A DNA stretch of 64,000 nucleotides from Candidatus Poribacteria bacterium. Lineage in GTDB: Bacteria; Poribacteria; WGA-4E; GCA-2687025. The notes beneath the pieces are model-generated. The model was not told the DNA's origin. It did not search any database and was given only the letters and a program-made list of their open reading frames with translations. Where the stretch lies: assembly GCA_963665845.2 (NCBI GenBank), contig OY762492.1, forward strand, positions 1,312,001-1,376,000. Direction: 5' to 3'. Below, one piece after another: positions 17,801-27,524 of the stretch; positions within the stretch are counted from its first letter, which is position 1; each line of letters starts with the position of its first letter. A program made the translations under genes and the position numbers.

Positions 17801-18499
17801 CCAGCTGCCGCCGCCGTTGACTGTTTTGAAGATGGAGCCGTCCGTTCCGCAGATCCAGCCGACCCGCTCGTTGTAGAAATCGGCGCGGTGGTAGTTGTTG
17901 AGAAGCCGATCTTCCATGCCTTCGTGTCGGGTTGTGAGCGGCGCCCAGGACTGTCCCCCGTCCAGCGTTTTCAGCAGAACCTCCATGTCGCCCATGGCGT
18001 ATCCGATCTGTTTGGTGACGAATTCGGCGTCGTTGAGCGGGTATTCGGCGCCGCTGGGGACGCGCCCCCATTCTTCGCCTGCGGTTTCGCTGGCGTAGAT
18101 GTCCCATGTTTCGCCGACCGCATAGACCGTGTTTCGGTCGGTGTAATGGGCGCCGCGCAGGATCGCGCGCGTTGGAAAGTTTGCCCGTTTCCATTGCTTT
18201 CCGCCGTCGGTTGTGTAGACGGCGGTTCCGAGTTCGCCGACCGCGAATCCGCGCAGCTGGTCGTAAAAATGGATGTCGTACAGTTCTCGGTTGACGCCGC
18301 TGTCCTGCCGTTCCCAGGTCTGTCCGCCGTCGGAGGTGTGGGCGATCATGCCGCCGGAGCCGACGAACCATCCGCGTTGGGCGTCCACGAAGGAGAGGGC
18401 GCGGAAGTCGGTTTCCCAGTCCGCTTTTCGAACAACCTCGTGGCGCGCGCATCCGAGTATGCATACGGCGGCGGCAATCAAGGCGCAGTGTCTCAACAT
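14858..18499 (-). CDS. YCF48/BNR-repeat multi-beta-propeller lipoprotein, 1213 aa
   Basis: Lipobox-like ILGC and more than 20 repeats of GW.VG..G.I..T.DGG.TW. Confidence 0.9.
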   Translation of the reverse strand: MLRHCALIAAAVCILGCARHEVVRKADWETDFRALSFVDAQRGWFVGSGGMIAHTSDGGQTWERQDSGVNRELYDIHFYDQLRGFAVGELGTAVYTTDGGKQWKRANFPTRAILRGAHYTDRNTVYAVGETWDIYASETAGEEWGRVPSGAEYPLNDAEFVTKQIGYAMGDMEVLLKTLDGGQSWAPLTTRHEGMEDRLLNNYHRADFYNERVGWICGTDGSIFKTVNGGGSWERQDSRIPFTDHVRFSVNGIDFWDDRNGAAVANGGHISQTDDGGDTWTLRNSGYQTNLTDIQFVSKNEAWACGWYGVILHSEDGGKTWNTVSGAVMAHHLESVEFVSDERAIAVGTGGTLLTSEDGGKTWVEQKTGQVDTLKSVAFIDELRGWAVGERGIVMNTVDGGKTWRYQTGGMGFQLNGVFFLDANRGWAVGDLGTIIYTKDGGRNWANQKPFEFQTLTAVFFLDQNHGWIVGWPGIVYRTQDGGLTWERQDSGTFNELYGLHFVNQNVGWIVGQEGEILHTKDGGDTWAFQASGTLTNLNRVFFLNEYWGMAIGDDGMLLTTVNGGEIWIQNESGSENDLLDFAVSSQGVVAVGQGGIVIRYTPDIKPDQGTLDDVIAQTRPTVEEPPRVPELEAGWEVVRVSAWPTQFLDVAFANETRGAAVGLNGMIALTNDGGKTWEPRESGVQNRLTRVAFADDMHGWAIGGEGTILATKDGGETWEYQNSSARQRFTDLFVLDARHAWISAGHGTILRTNDGGQTWLHKDTAATNAAVRTLFFVSPTHGWAVAPQRGEGGFILHTRDGGETWAIQAKPAQTPAAILFFTPTNGMTISSSGETLITRDGETWESGGRRRLLGMQKARVLDEQTAWAAQRQGRAYFTLNGGQSWSPAGTERFASTYFLSPSQGWAAEGGRLYKTTDGGASWDTLVESSPQALGAGRFLSTDEGWAAGEDGLIIHTADGGQTWTEQKSGGPSIIAMHWASKGRGFGWALDAAGSHLFTEDGFGWTPLESEPLQGRVRLNGGFMSGFGETWAVGQGGVIVHNPDGGPEWERQMKGEGYDLRSVHLDRFGYGWIAGSRGIMLHSSSGGTRWRDQESGTAYSLNSVCAASPRVGWAVGQYGIILRTEDIGAAWTKQKSGLSSDLNWVEALSEKEAYAVGNDGVILHTTDGGETWQKLRSPVQYALRFLAVSEDGAAVWALGEWGVVLKAPRSPAS

Positions 18500-18591
18500 A
18501 GGGTGTCGCCTTCTAAGTTGAAGTGAGCAGCGTCCATGATCGGACGTCTTTTAATTAGCGCCTTTATGGACAGAAGGCAAGCGGCCGCCAT

Positions 18592-18860
18592 CCGACCTGA
18601 TATCTTTAGTTGGGACATGCCGGGGTAGTACGCTCATACGAGGATATTCGCGGCGCCGCGTCCGATTCCCCCTTGAAAGGGGTTAAGGGTGTTTAAAGCG
18701 CGGGCGTTGCGACTGTTAAGATTCCCGCTTACGCGGGAATGACAGGATGGGGGCTTGGAATGACGCCGTTTTCACGGGGGCAGGCTATGGGGGGCGCGGG
18801 AATGCATGTCCTCGCGGAAGCGGGGAACCCCGTTTTCACGGGGGCAGGCTATGGGGGCCG
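18592..18860. repeat. Composite intergenic palindromic repeat cluster
   Basis: TTTAGTTGGGACA terminus, CCCCCTTGAAAGGGG hairpin, dRS3-like core at 18721-18740, two CCGTTTTCACGGGGGCAGGCTATGGGGG copies. Confidence 0.75.
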
Positions 18861-18862
18861 CC

Positions 18863-19864
18863 CTACTCTTTGATAAAGTCGGAGCGCTTCCAGGTGGTGA
18901 AATCGCCGGCGCTCCATCGCGACAGCTCCACATAAAAAAGCGAGTCGGAAGACCGCGCCGCGTAATTCTCCTCCTCCTCCGTTTTCCGTCCGATTCGAAT
19001 AGTGCGCGTTTCCGTTTCGATTTCCTTCTCCGCCGTATCTTCAGACGCCTCCTCGTTGGACGCGCCCGTCTCAACGGCGATCTCTAGCGAGACGACCGCC
19101 GCGGGATTGCTGAACCCGTATTCAGGTTTCTCCTCTTTGCCGAGCGGCTTCGTCATGCGCATCGGCGACAGGCGGTTCAACAGCGTCGACATCTTCGCAT
19201 CGTCGAACGTTTCATTGGAGCGGAGACCTTTTAGGGTCCAAGCGTCTGCCTCCCCGCGTTCAAAGACGATCCGCCCCTCGTCGTTTTTGAGCGCGATTGT
19301 CTGTAAGGCGTCTTTGTCCACCTTAAAATACTCCGTATCGACCCAAGAGGACATATCGGTTCCCGCCTGCCAGCTGGACAGATCGTCCGCGATATAGGTT
19401 TCGTTCTCGCCCTCCAGGCGCGCATGCGCCGACCGCGCCCCAAACGCGGAGCCGATGTAGAGCGTCTTTGTTTTGCCGTCCGCTTCGATGGACGCTTTGC
19501 GTTCAAACTCGTTTTCCGCCACTTTCAACTGCTTATGGCTTTTCTTTGTGCGCGCGATGAGCTGTTTTTTGACGATCCCGGCAATCTTGTCTAAGAATTC
19601 GCCCGCTTTGCCGCTGTCGACGGGGAAGTTGTCCGCGTCCGGCAAGACCCACTCGCCGTTCTCTTTGGCGAATGCGACCGCATTGCCTTCGCTGTCCTCA
19701 ATCGTCACCCGCTCCGCCTTTTCCCGAATGCCAGGGAGAAGAGGCTCGCTCGCCGCCTCGGACGATCCGCCGCGCGGCCAGTAGACGACCGCGATCAACA
19801 GCGCCTGAACGAGAACGGCTCCGATGAGTATCTGAAAACGCCGCCCCTTGAGATAAAACCTCAT
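18863..19864 (-). CDS. DUF4340 family protein (Gld-like ABC cluster)
   Basis: N-terminal TM from MRFYLKGRR; typical position downstream of a GldG-like gene; ATGA coupling. Confidence 0.75.
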   Translation of the reverse strand: MRFYLKGRRFQILIGAVLVQALLIAVVYWPRGGSSEAASEPLLPGIREKAERVTIEDSEGNAVAFAKENGEWVLPDADNFPVDSGKAGEFLDKIAGIVKKQLIARTKKSHKQLKVAENEFERKASIEADGKTKTLYIGSAFGARSAHARLEGENETYIADDLSSWQAGTDMSSWVDTEYFKVDKDALQTIALKNDEGRIVFERGEADAWTLKGLRSNETFDDAKMSTLLNRLSPMRMTKPLGKEEKPEYGFSNPAAVVSLEIAVETGASNEEASEDTAEKEIETETRTIRIGRKTEEEENYAARSSDSLFYVELSRWSAGDFTTWKRSDFIKE

Positions 19865-22752
19865 GCCGACTCCTCCGCTTCCTTCGTCTCCAACGGCTCC
19901 AGCAGTATCGTCCGTTGTCTTCTCCGCCGTATCTGCCACATCAGCGCCAGCAGCCCCAAAGCCGCCAGCGCGGCAACATAATTGACAATCTCCCAAACCC
20001 GCTGCTCGCCTTCTGTCATGGGTTTCAGCAGGCGGGACTGGGCGCCGCGCGCGCGTATGTTGAGCAGGTCCAAATCCTCCACGGACCAATCGACCGCGTT
20101 TTGGATCAGCAGACGGTTTTCCTGCCGGCGCTCCTCGGAGGACATCGCGACGATCGGATCGTTGATAAAGTCGCTGCTGCCGATGACAACCAAGCGGGAC
20201 GACTCGGGCGACGACTCGATCATATTCGCCGGCGCGGGCGATTCCTCCTCTTCGTTCTGCCCGCCGTTTTCGTCTTCCGGCTCCTCCGTCAACAACGGCG
20301 ACGGCTTGTCCTTGAAATAACTCTCAAACGAACCTTTCACGGCGACCGCCAGCGTGTGCGATGTGAACTCCTGACCTGGATGAAACCCTAGATCCGGATA
20401 GGTCTGGAAATCAGGGTTGACGTTCGTCTCGGTCGTCGTCCATGCCTGATCGCTGGATTTCAGCAGCGCTTCCGTCTCCCGATTGGCATTTTTATCCTTG
20501 TCAAGCAGTATCGGGGATGTCCAGTGCAGCGTCACGGCAGACAGGTTGGCGGCGATCGGATGTCCGCCCGCCATGCCGCCCCGCCGTATGTCGATGAAAA
20601 ACGGGTATTTCCTCTTCACCACCTCCGATACGGTAAAATTGCCGACCTGCTTTGTTTGTTGGAAGGTGAGCGGCTCATTCTCCATGTCCATCACGGTGGA
20701 CGCGCCCACCTCTATTCCGTAATGGCTCAACAGCTCGCGCGCGCCGCCGACAACAGGTTTCAGCGCCGGGGCGCGTGTGAACTGGTCAGGCTCCATCAGA
20801 TGCGCGCCGGCCGCAATGACCGCCGAGCCGCCCCGCATCAGATACTGGTCAATGGCAAACAGCTCCTTCTCGCTCAAGTTTTGAGGCGCCGCAATCACCA
20901 GCGTGTCCACTTCGGCGGGAACCGAGCCGCCGGACAGGTCGATATTTTGAACCGTGTAATCGCTCTGGAGCTGTTCGGAAATGGATTGATAGGAGGCAAA
21001 CGGCTGCGTCATCTGTCCAAAAGCGTTCTGGGTCGGCGTTCGAGGCGGAACCCACACCCCGGCGACTTTCAGAAAACCGGGAGCCATGCGCTTGACAGCC
21101 GCCTCAACGGCTCTGCGTATGTCCGCTTCCAGATCGCTGCCGACGATAATGATCTCAAATTGGTCGTCCAGAGCGAGTATGAGCGAAAAGTAGTACGTGT
21201 CGGTCGAAAGAAAAGCGACAGGAGTCGGGCGCAAACCGTATTTTTGAAAAAGCGATTCTGACGTTTCGCCGCTGTTTGGATCGGTCGGGTCGACTGTTTT
21301 AAAGAGCAGTTTGCCGTTTGAATTGTCGGCGAGTTCGTTTCCGACCTGCTCAAACGGTTCCATCAGTTCGTCTCCGCCGGGAACCGTTTTTGGCGTGGCA
21401 TAGAGCGTCAACTCTGCCGGCTGCTGAAACGATTCCAGAGCCGTATCGATGCTTTGAAACCCGTATGCGGATTTCTTGACGGCGCGCGTCAGATCGTACT
21501 CTAGATTGCGGAGCCTCACCTCTATTCCGCCGTCCGCCAGCGGCTCTATTTGAGCGATGTCCCGAAATCCAAACACCTCATGCTGATCGCCGTAGCGAAC
21601 CAGGATGTTGAAGTAGATGTTTCGAACCGAGGTCTCCGTGCGCCCTTGATTCATCAGCGCCTCCGTTACGATGCCGTAGGCGTCGCGCGCCTCCTGCATC
21701 ATCTCCTCGTTGCCGCTTGGATCGACCGTTTCCGTCTCCACCATGCCCTTGCCGGCGATCGCATACTCGTTCAGCATATCCGCAATCTGCGAGCGGAGGC
21801 GGTCAAGGAGCGGGTGCGTCTGCTTGCTGATGTAGGCGCGCATCAGAAGCGGTTCCGACAGCCCGCCCAGCAGCTGTTTTGTCTGCTTAGAAAGGCTGTA
21901 TTGCCGCTGGCTTGTTAGGTCGACGCGCAGCCCGTAAAGCGGATACATCCAGATATTGAGCAGCGTTATGTTCGCAAGCAGCAGCCCTGTCGTCCACGCG
22001 GCGGCTCGTCGATGCGCCTTCGTTTGCCCGCCTCGGCTCCACCGCTTTGCGTCCAGCGAGACGGCGTTCAAGATCAGAAATCCAGCGGCGATGGAGAGAT
22101 AGTAGAGCAGGTCGCGCAGGTCTAGGACGCCGCGTTCAATCGATTCGAATCGGCTGCCGGCTCCGAGCGCGCGGAACAGATCGCCCGCGTCGCCCGCAAA
22201 ATTGGCGACGGCGCCGGTTCCAATCAGGTAGAAAAAACCGCCGACAATCGCCGTCATAATGAGCGCGACAAACGGGTTGTCGGTTCTAGAGGATAGAAAG
22301 AGGCCGATGGCGGCGTAGGCGCAGGTGAGCAGCAGCGCCGCCGCATATCCGCCGACGACAGGACCCCAGTCGAGGTCTCCCATGAAGGCGACCGTGATCG
22401 GAATCGGCAGCGTCAGCGCGAGCGCCAAACCGACCAGCCCCGTTGCCGCGAGAAACTTGCCCAGCGCCAGCTGATAGGACGGAACAGGGAGCGTCAACAG
22501 CGTTTCAAGGGTGCCGGAGCTTTGCTCCTCGCTCCACTGGCGCATCGTCAACGCCGCGACGAGAAAGATCAGCAGCAGCGGCATCGACCTGAACAGCGGT
22601 CGGACATCGGCGATTTCGCGCGCGAAGAAACGCTCCCGCCAGAAGAACAGAAACAGCAGCGCCGACAAAAAAACGCCGATAAAAATAAACGCGAGAGGCG
22701 AACCGAAGTAGCCGCTCATCTCTTTGCGCGCGATGGCTAACGTACGCTTCAT
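19861..22752 (-). CDS. ABC-2 permease fused to GldG-like auxiliary domain (GldF-GldG fusion)
   Basis: IARKEM..YFGSPLA, TMR.WSEE..SGTLETLLTLP, RVDLT..RQYSLS..T, IDQYLMRGG. Confidence 0.88.
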   Translation of the reverse strand: MKRTLAIARKEMSGYFGSPLAFIFIGVFLSALLFLFFWRERFFAREIADVRPLFRSMPLLLIFLVAALTMRQWSEEQSSGTLETLLTLPVPSYQLALGKFLAATGLVGLALALTLPIPITVAFMGDLDWGPVVGGYAAALLLTCAYAAIGLFLSSRTDNPFVALIMTAIVGGFFYLIGTGAVANFAGDAGDLFRALGAGSRFESIERGVLDLRDLLYYLSIAAGFLILNAVSLDAKRWSRGGQTKAHRRAAAWTTGLLLANITLLNIWMYPLYGLRVDLTSQRQYSLSKQTKQLLGGLSEPLLMRAYISKQTHPLLDRLRSQIADMLNEYAIAGKGMVETETVDPSGNEEMMQEARDAYGIVTEALMNQGRTETSVRNIYFNILVRYGDQHEVFGFRDIAQIEPLADGGIEVRLRNLEYDLTRAVKKSAYGFQSIDTALESFQQPAELTLYATPKTVPGGDELMEPFEQVGNELADNSNGKLLFKTVDPTDPNSGETSESLFQKYGLRPTPVAFLSTDTYYFSLILALDDQFEIIIVGSDLEADIRRAVEAAVKRMAPGFLKVAGVWVPPRTPTQNAFGQMTQPFASYQSISEQLQSDYTVQNIDLSGGSVPAEVDTLVIAAPQNLSEKELFAIDQYLMRGGSAVIAAGAHLMEPDQFTRAPALKPVVGGARELLSHYGIEVGASTVMDMENEPLTFQQTKQVGNFTVSEVVKRKYPFFIDIRRGGMAGGHPIAANLSAVTLHWTSPILLDKDKNANRETEALLKSSDQAWTTTETNVNPDFQTYPDLGFHPGQEFTSHTLAVAVKGSFESYFKDKPSPLLTEEPEDENGGQNEEEESPAPANMIESSPESSRLVVIGSSDFINDPIVAMSSEERRQENRLLIQNAVDWSVEDLDLLNIRARGAQSRLLKPMTEGEQRVWEIVNYVAALAALGLLALMWQIRRRRQRTILLEPLETKEAEESA

Positions 22753-22759
22753 TGGACTC

Positions 22760-23680
22760 CTACCCAGAGGTCGCTAATTCATTGAAAACCGATTCGAGCG
22801 TTCGGGCGTCCCGCTTGATTTCGCGCGCCGACCAGCCCTGTTCCTTGCTAAGTTGATAAAGCGCGGGGCAAAGATCCGTTTCAGGAGACGCCGCGATGCG
22901 GTATGACGGGTACCCGTCAGACGATTCAAACTCTTGGACCGATTCAACGCCGTCGATCCGATTCAGCTGCCGTTGGATGTTCTTGACCGGCGCCTGAAGG
23001 GTCAGGACAGCGTCCGGCGATTTTGCCAGCTCGGAGAGGCGCGCGTCCGCGCGCACTTCGCCGTTCATCAGGATGATGACGCGGTCGCACAGCGCTTCCA
23101 CTTCGGACAGGATATGCGTCGAAAACAGGACGGTGCTGCGCTCGGCGAGCCGCTTGATCAGGTTGCGTATCTCCACGATTTGGGTCGGGTCTAAGCCGAC
23201 GGTCGGTTCGTCAAAAATGAGCAGTTTGGGTCGGCTGAGGATCGCCTGCGCCAGTCCGACGCGCTGGCGGTAACCCTTGCTAAGATGCCCGATAGCGCGC
23301 GTCATCTGGTCTTCGATCTGCGTCGCGCGCGCCGCCTCAGAGATGCGGCGGAGCTGTTCCTCCGGCGGAATCATGCGCAGGTCGGCGATCATTTTCAGAT
23401 ACTCCTGCGTCGACAGCTCCTTATATAAAGGCGCGTTTTCGGGGAGATATCCGATCTGCGCCTGCGCTTCGAGCCGTTTTTCCGTTACATCCAAGCCGTT
23501 GACGCGCGCCGCGCCCGCGTCGGGCTGAAGATAGCCTGTCAGTATTTTGATGATGGTGGTTTTGCCGGCTCCGTTGGGTCCGAGGAGACCGACGATTTCG
23601 CCCTGCTCAATTTCAAACTCGACATTCCGCAAAGCGCGAACGCTGCCGTACGATTTGCCGAGGTTCGATACTTCAATCAT
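22760..23680 (-). CDS. ABC transporter ATP-binding protein (GldA-like)
   Basis: Walker A GPNGAGKT, signature LSKGYRQRVGLAQA, DEPTVGLDP. Confidence 0.93.
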   Translation of the reverse strand: MIEVSNLGKSYGSVRALRNVEFEIEQGEIVGLLGPNGAGKTTIIKILTGYLQPDAGAARVNGLDVTEKRLEAQAQIGYLPENAPLYKELSTQEYLKMIADLRMIPPEEQLRRISEAARATQIEDQMTRAIGHLSKGYRQRVGLAQAILSRPKLLIFDEPTVGLDPTQIVEIRNLIKRLAERSTVLFSTHILSEVEALCDRVIILMNGEVRADARLSELAKSPDAVLTLQAPVKNIQRQLNRIDGVESVQEFESSDGYPSYRIAASPETDLCPALYQLSKEQGWSAREIKRDARTLESVFNELATSG

Positions 23681-23749
23681 CTCCGTTTTCCGTTTGTATG
23701 TCCGCTTATATGATACACAATGCCGCCCGTTCTGTCATGCCGTCAAGGG

Positions 23750-24784
23750 CTATTTGCCGCCGGCGATTCGCGCAAACTCCTCCAGCTGCTCGCGGGTTCC
23801 AAGCGCGATGAGGCGGGCGCCCGGCTGCAGCGTGGTCGCCGGGTCGGGGCTGGCGTTATACTGCGGCGGCTGCCCCTGTTCGGGCAAGGCGCATGCCAGA
23901 ACCGTCACTCCCGTCCGCTTGCGCAGGTCGGTTTCCGCCAGCGTCATCCCTGTGAGAGGCGATTCGTCCGGCAGGTCGATCTGCTCCAGCAGCAGCTCCA
24001 GGTCGTCCGCATGCATCACCTCGTCTAAAAAGTCGGCGACGCTAGGGCGAATCAGGCGCGTCACCATCCGATGCGCGCCGATCCGGTAGGGCGACATCAC
24101 CTGATCAGCCCCCGCCTTGATCAGTTTCGGCTCGGACGTTTCTAAATTCGCCCTCGCCGCGATGATCAGGTTCGGGTTCAGCGTACGCGCTGTCAGGACG
24201 ATAAACACATTGTCGGCGTCCGAGCTGAGCGCCGCCACCAGAAACGCCGCCCGCTCAACGCCCGCTTCCCGCAGCGTTTCTTCATAAGTGGCGTCGCCTT
24301 CTAACGCGTTGTATCCTTCCGCGCCGGCGCGCTCCAGAGCGCCTTCGTCCGGGTCCACCACCACAAACGGCATGCCTTCCCGCTTCAGCTCGTCGGCGAC
24401 ATGTCCGCCGACGCGCCCAAATCCGCATAAGATTGCATGCCCCTGCAGTTTGTTGAGCATTCTACTTCTCCATTGATGTTTCCAGTGGGCGCGCCATTCT
24501 CCGTCATAAAACAGCTGCCCCGCGACGCCGACAAAATACGCCGCTGTCGCCGCCCCTGACACGATTAAAAACACGGTGAAAAGCATGCCCCACTGACTCA
24601 ACGGTTCCGGATTTCCGATATACAATCCGACCGTGCTGATCACCACCGTCGTCATATACAGCGCTTCCACTGCGCTCATGCCTTCGAGGAGATGGTATCC
24701 CGCCATTCCGATGAGGATCAGCGCCATAAGAGTCGCAAAGGCGGGGATCTCTCGGCGCAAAAACCGCTGTATTAGCCACAACAT
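23750..24784 (-). CDS. Potassium channel family protein (ion channel + TrkA-N/TrkA-C)
   Basis: Two TMs with pore helix (ALYMTTVVISTVG), GFGRVG RCK motif and C-terminal TrkA-C. Confidence 0.88.
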   Translation of the reverse strand: MLWLIQRFLRREIPAFATLMALILIGMAGYHLLEGMSAVEALYMTTVVISTVGLYIGNPEPLSQWGMLFTVFLIVSGAATAAYFVGVAGQLFYDGEWRAHWKHQWRSRMLNKLQGHAILCGFGRVGGHVADELKREGMPFVVVDPDEGALERAGAEGYNALEGDATYEETLREAGVERAAFLVAALSSDADNVFIVLTARTLNPNLIIAARANLETSEPKLIKAGADQVMSPYRIGAHRMVTRLIRPSVADFLDEVMHADDLELLLEQIDLPDESPLTGMTLAETDLRKRTGVTVLACALPEQGQPPQYNASPDPATTLQPGARLIALGTREQLEEFARIAGGK

Positions 24785-24862
24785 GGCGCGACCCGTTTCC
24801 GTTGTGTGAGAACGGAATGCGCCGAACGCTGCGGCGTCTTTTGAAAGCTCGCCATGGGCGCC

Positions 24863-26815
24863 TTACGGAGCCGCCGAGGGCGCGGAGATCGTTTCCGCTT
24901 TTAAGGCGTCGCGGAGACCCTGTATGCGCTTATCGCGCGGGTTTTTCTGTAGATACGCCGTATAAACGCTGACCGCCTCCGCCGCATTGCCGTTCGCAAG
25001 ATGCAGGTTGGCGAGCGCTTCCGCAAAGTCGGCGTTCATCGGGTCCAACTCCATCGCTTTGCCGTATTCCGCCGCGGCTTTTTCGGTCTCGTTCATGATC
25101 TCCGCGAGATGTCCAACAGCGTATCGCGCCAGGGCGTTTTGCGGGTTGCTCTGCGCGAGAGCCGCCAGCTCAACGCCCGCTTCCTCTCGGTACGATTCGG
25201 AGGCGCGGGCGCGCGACGCATGCCGCAGCGCGGTCATTCCGATGGAGGCGTTGACCGCCTGTTTTTCGGCGCGGGCGTCTCCATTTTTTACCGCCCGCTC
25301 CGCCGCTTTTGCCGCGGCGCGCGCGCCGATGTTGAACTGCTGCGACGCCTGCCGCCAGTAACCGTAACGCATCGCCGTTTTGCCGACATCAAAGTAGGTC
25401 GGCCAGTCGATCTTCTTGTCGATGATGTCCTGGTAGAGGTAGGCGCGTTTGCGGTTTCCCGCGCGGTAGTAAAGCGCTTCGGCGAGGCTCTGCGCCGCCT
25501 CTTCGTTGCGCGGGTTTGCGGCGACCGACCGCTCAAACGCCGCCACTTCAGCGGCTGCGTTTTTAAGATCGCGCTGGGCGAGACCGATCAAATAGAAGAT
25601 CTGGCTGTCCCTGCCCTCCGAAAGCCCGACGACGAAGCTCCATATGTCGATCGCCTTCTGGTAGTCGCCGACGCCGTACTCATACTCGCCCTGGGTGATG
25701 ACCTGATCAATGACGGCGCTATCGGCGCGGATAGCCTCTTCGAACAGCTTTTTCGCGCGCTCTTTCAGTCCAAGTTTCAGGTACACATCCGACAAGCCCT
25801 TGATGGCGGCGACGCGGCTGTCCCATGCGGAACCGACCGCCTCTTCCGCCATCCGCAGCGAACGGTGATAAAGAGCGCCCGATTTCTTGTACTCGGCGGT
25901 TGTGAACATCACGCCCGCCATGGAGAACATGGCGTCGTACATCGTTCCCTGATCGTCTAGGGTGATCTGTATCTCGTTCATGATCTCATCGGCGTTGTAT
26001 CCGAAGATCAGCTCTTCGGCGCTTTTAGACACCGCGTCTTCGGGCTGCTGCGATCTTGGGCGGTCGCGTTCTCGGCGCGCCTCCCGCCGTTCCGCCATCA
26101 CGTCCGCGTCGGTTCTCTCCCGCGATTCGATGTCGGGAACCTCCGCGCCCGCTTTCACCAGCTCCTCGGCGGCGAGGCGCACCACCGCTTCGGCGTCGGG
26201 GCGTTCGCCGAATTTGCGCACAATATCCTGCCGCTGCTGTATCGCCTCATCCTTTTTTCCGAGGCTGTCCAGAAGCCGCGCGCGTTTCTCAAGGGCGATG
26301 ACCGCGTTCTTGTCCTCTTCATGCAAGCGCGAAAATTCGCCGTAGGTCTCCTGCGCCTCGTCCAGTTTGCCCGCCTTTTCATAGGTTTGCGCGAGCATCA
26401 TCTGCGCGTTCCCGCCCTGCGCGGAGGAGGGAGCCGCCATCAACAAACTTCGGAACGACTCCGCCGCCGCGTCAAAATCGCCGCCCGCAAAATGAATCAG
26501 ACCGAGCTGATACTGCGCATCGAGACCGATCTCCTCTTCAGGAGCCGCTTCGATGACCGCCGCATAGATCTCCGCCGCCTTTTCGAGCTGTTCGAGATTC
26601 ACATGGTAGATGCTTGCGATCTTCATCTGCGCCTTGAGCGCGTCGGACGAGCCGGGATTTTTCGCCGCCGCCAGTTCGTACTGCTCAATCGCCAGCTCAT
26701 AGGAACCTTGCCGCTCAAGCGTCTCCCCCTGTTGATACGGGCCGCCTGAGCAAGCGGCTAAAGAAACCGCCAAAACTGCCGTCAACACAAGCTTCGTGAT
26801 GGATATGCGCCGCAT
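24863..26815 (-). CDS. TPR-repeat lipoprotein
   Basis: Lipobox LAAC after MRRISITKLV; many TPR-like helices. Confidence 0.8.
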   Translation of the reverse strand: MRRISITKLVLTAVLAVSLAACSGGPYQQGETLERQGSYELAIEQYELAAAKNPGSSDALKAQMKIASIYHVNLEQLEKAAEIYAAVIEAAPEEEIGLDAQYQLGLIHFAGGDFDAAAESFRSLLMAAPSSAQGGNAQMMLAQTYEKAGKLDEAQETYGEFSRLHEEDKNAVIALEKRARLLDSLGKKDEAIQQRQDIVRKFGERPDAEAVVRLAAEELVKAGAEVPDIESRERTDADVMAERREARRERDRPRSQQPEDAVSKSAEELIFGYNADEIMNEIQITLDDQGTMYDAMFSMAGVMFTTAEYKKSGALYHRSLRMAEEAVGSAWDSRVAAIKGLSDVYLKLGLKERAKKLFEEAIRADSAVIDQVITQGEYEYGVGDYQKAIDIWSFVVGLSEGRDSQIFYLIGLAQRDLKNAAAEVAAFERSVAANPRNEEAAQSLAEALYYRAGNRKRAYLYQDIIDKKIDWPTYFDVGKTAMRYGYWRQASQQFNIGARAAAKAAERAVKNGDARAEKQAVNASIGMTALRHASRARASESYREEAGVELAALAQSNPQNALARYAVGHLAEIMNETEKAAAEYGKAMELDPMNADFAEALANLHLANGNAAEAVSVYTAYLQKNPRDKRIQGLRDALKAETISAPSAAP

Positions 26816-26903
26816 GTCTTCAATCCTTTCCGTTCTCAACATCTCCGCCAATCACAGCATAACCGAATTTGCCCCTCGGCGCAACCGACGCCGCCAACCA
26901 ATC

Positions 26904-27040
26904 CGTTCCCCGCTTCCGCGAGGACATGCATTCCCGCGTAAGCGGGAATCCAGAGGCGCCGCCCACGCCTTAAACCCCCCTAGCCCCCCTTTTCAAGGGG
27001 GGAATCGGAGGCGCCCCTTTTCAAGGGGGAATCGGACGCG
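26904..27040. repeat. Composite palindromic repeat
   Basis: dRS3-like core at 26930-26949 plus two CCCCTTTTCAAGGGGG hairpins; may terminate rpoZ transcripts. Confidence 0.75.
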
Positions 27041-27046
27041 CCGCTG

Positions 27047-27487
27047 TCAATCCTCATATTCGCCGTCGTCGCTGATCGGGAACGGGCTGTCGTCCTCTTC
27101 GTCTTCGTCTTCATTGACGTTCAGGTTTTCGTACTCTTCAAAGAGCGCGGCAACCTCCTCGTCGGGCGCGTCATCGAAGATGAGATCGTCTTCGGCGAGA
27201 GCGGCTTGCGCCTGCACCCGCTCGTATTTCAGCTGTCCGTCCATCAGTTCGAGAAGCGCCTGCGTCGTCGGCTTCTTCGCGCCGCGGGCGATCTCGCCGA
27301 TCGGAAGGTCGCGGTCGTTCAGCTCGCGGGCGCGCTGCGCCGCGATGTTGACGACCAGATATTTGTTGATGTACCCGCCGCTCTCCTGGTTAGGGTCTTT
27401 CAGGTCGTCAATATAGATCTCTTGCGGCTTGCTGCCGGATCCGAGGCGCCGAGGCGCCTTGACGACTTTGGGGGTGTCCTCGCTCAT
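27047..27487 (-). CDS. rpoZ: RNA polymerase omega subunit with acidic tail
   Basis: NKYLVVNIAAQRAREL...KPTTQALLEL; follows gmk. Confidence 0.85.
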   Translation of the reverse strand: MSEDTPKVVKAPRRLGSGSKPQEIYIDDLKDPNQESGGYINKYLVVNIAAQRARELNDRDLPIGEIARGAKKPTTQALLELMDGQLKYERVQAQAALAEDDLIFDDAPDEEVAALFEEYENLNVNEDEDEEDDSPFPISDDGEYED

Positions 27488-27524
27488 ATCAAACGCTCCT
27501 TACATCGCTGCCTGTCCGATGAGT

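Noticed and set aside
14858-18499. DNA repeat array or DGR-like repeats
   Set aside because: The periodic CCGCCGTC motifs simply encode the DGG.TW BNR repeats; there is no reverse transcriptase and no adenine-specific variation.
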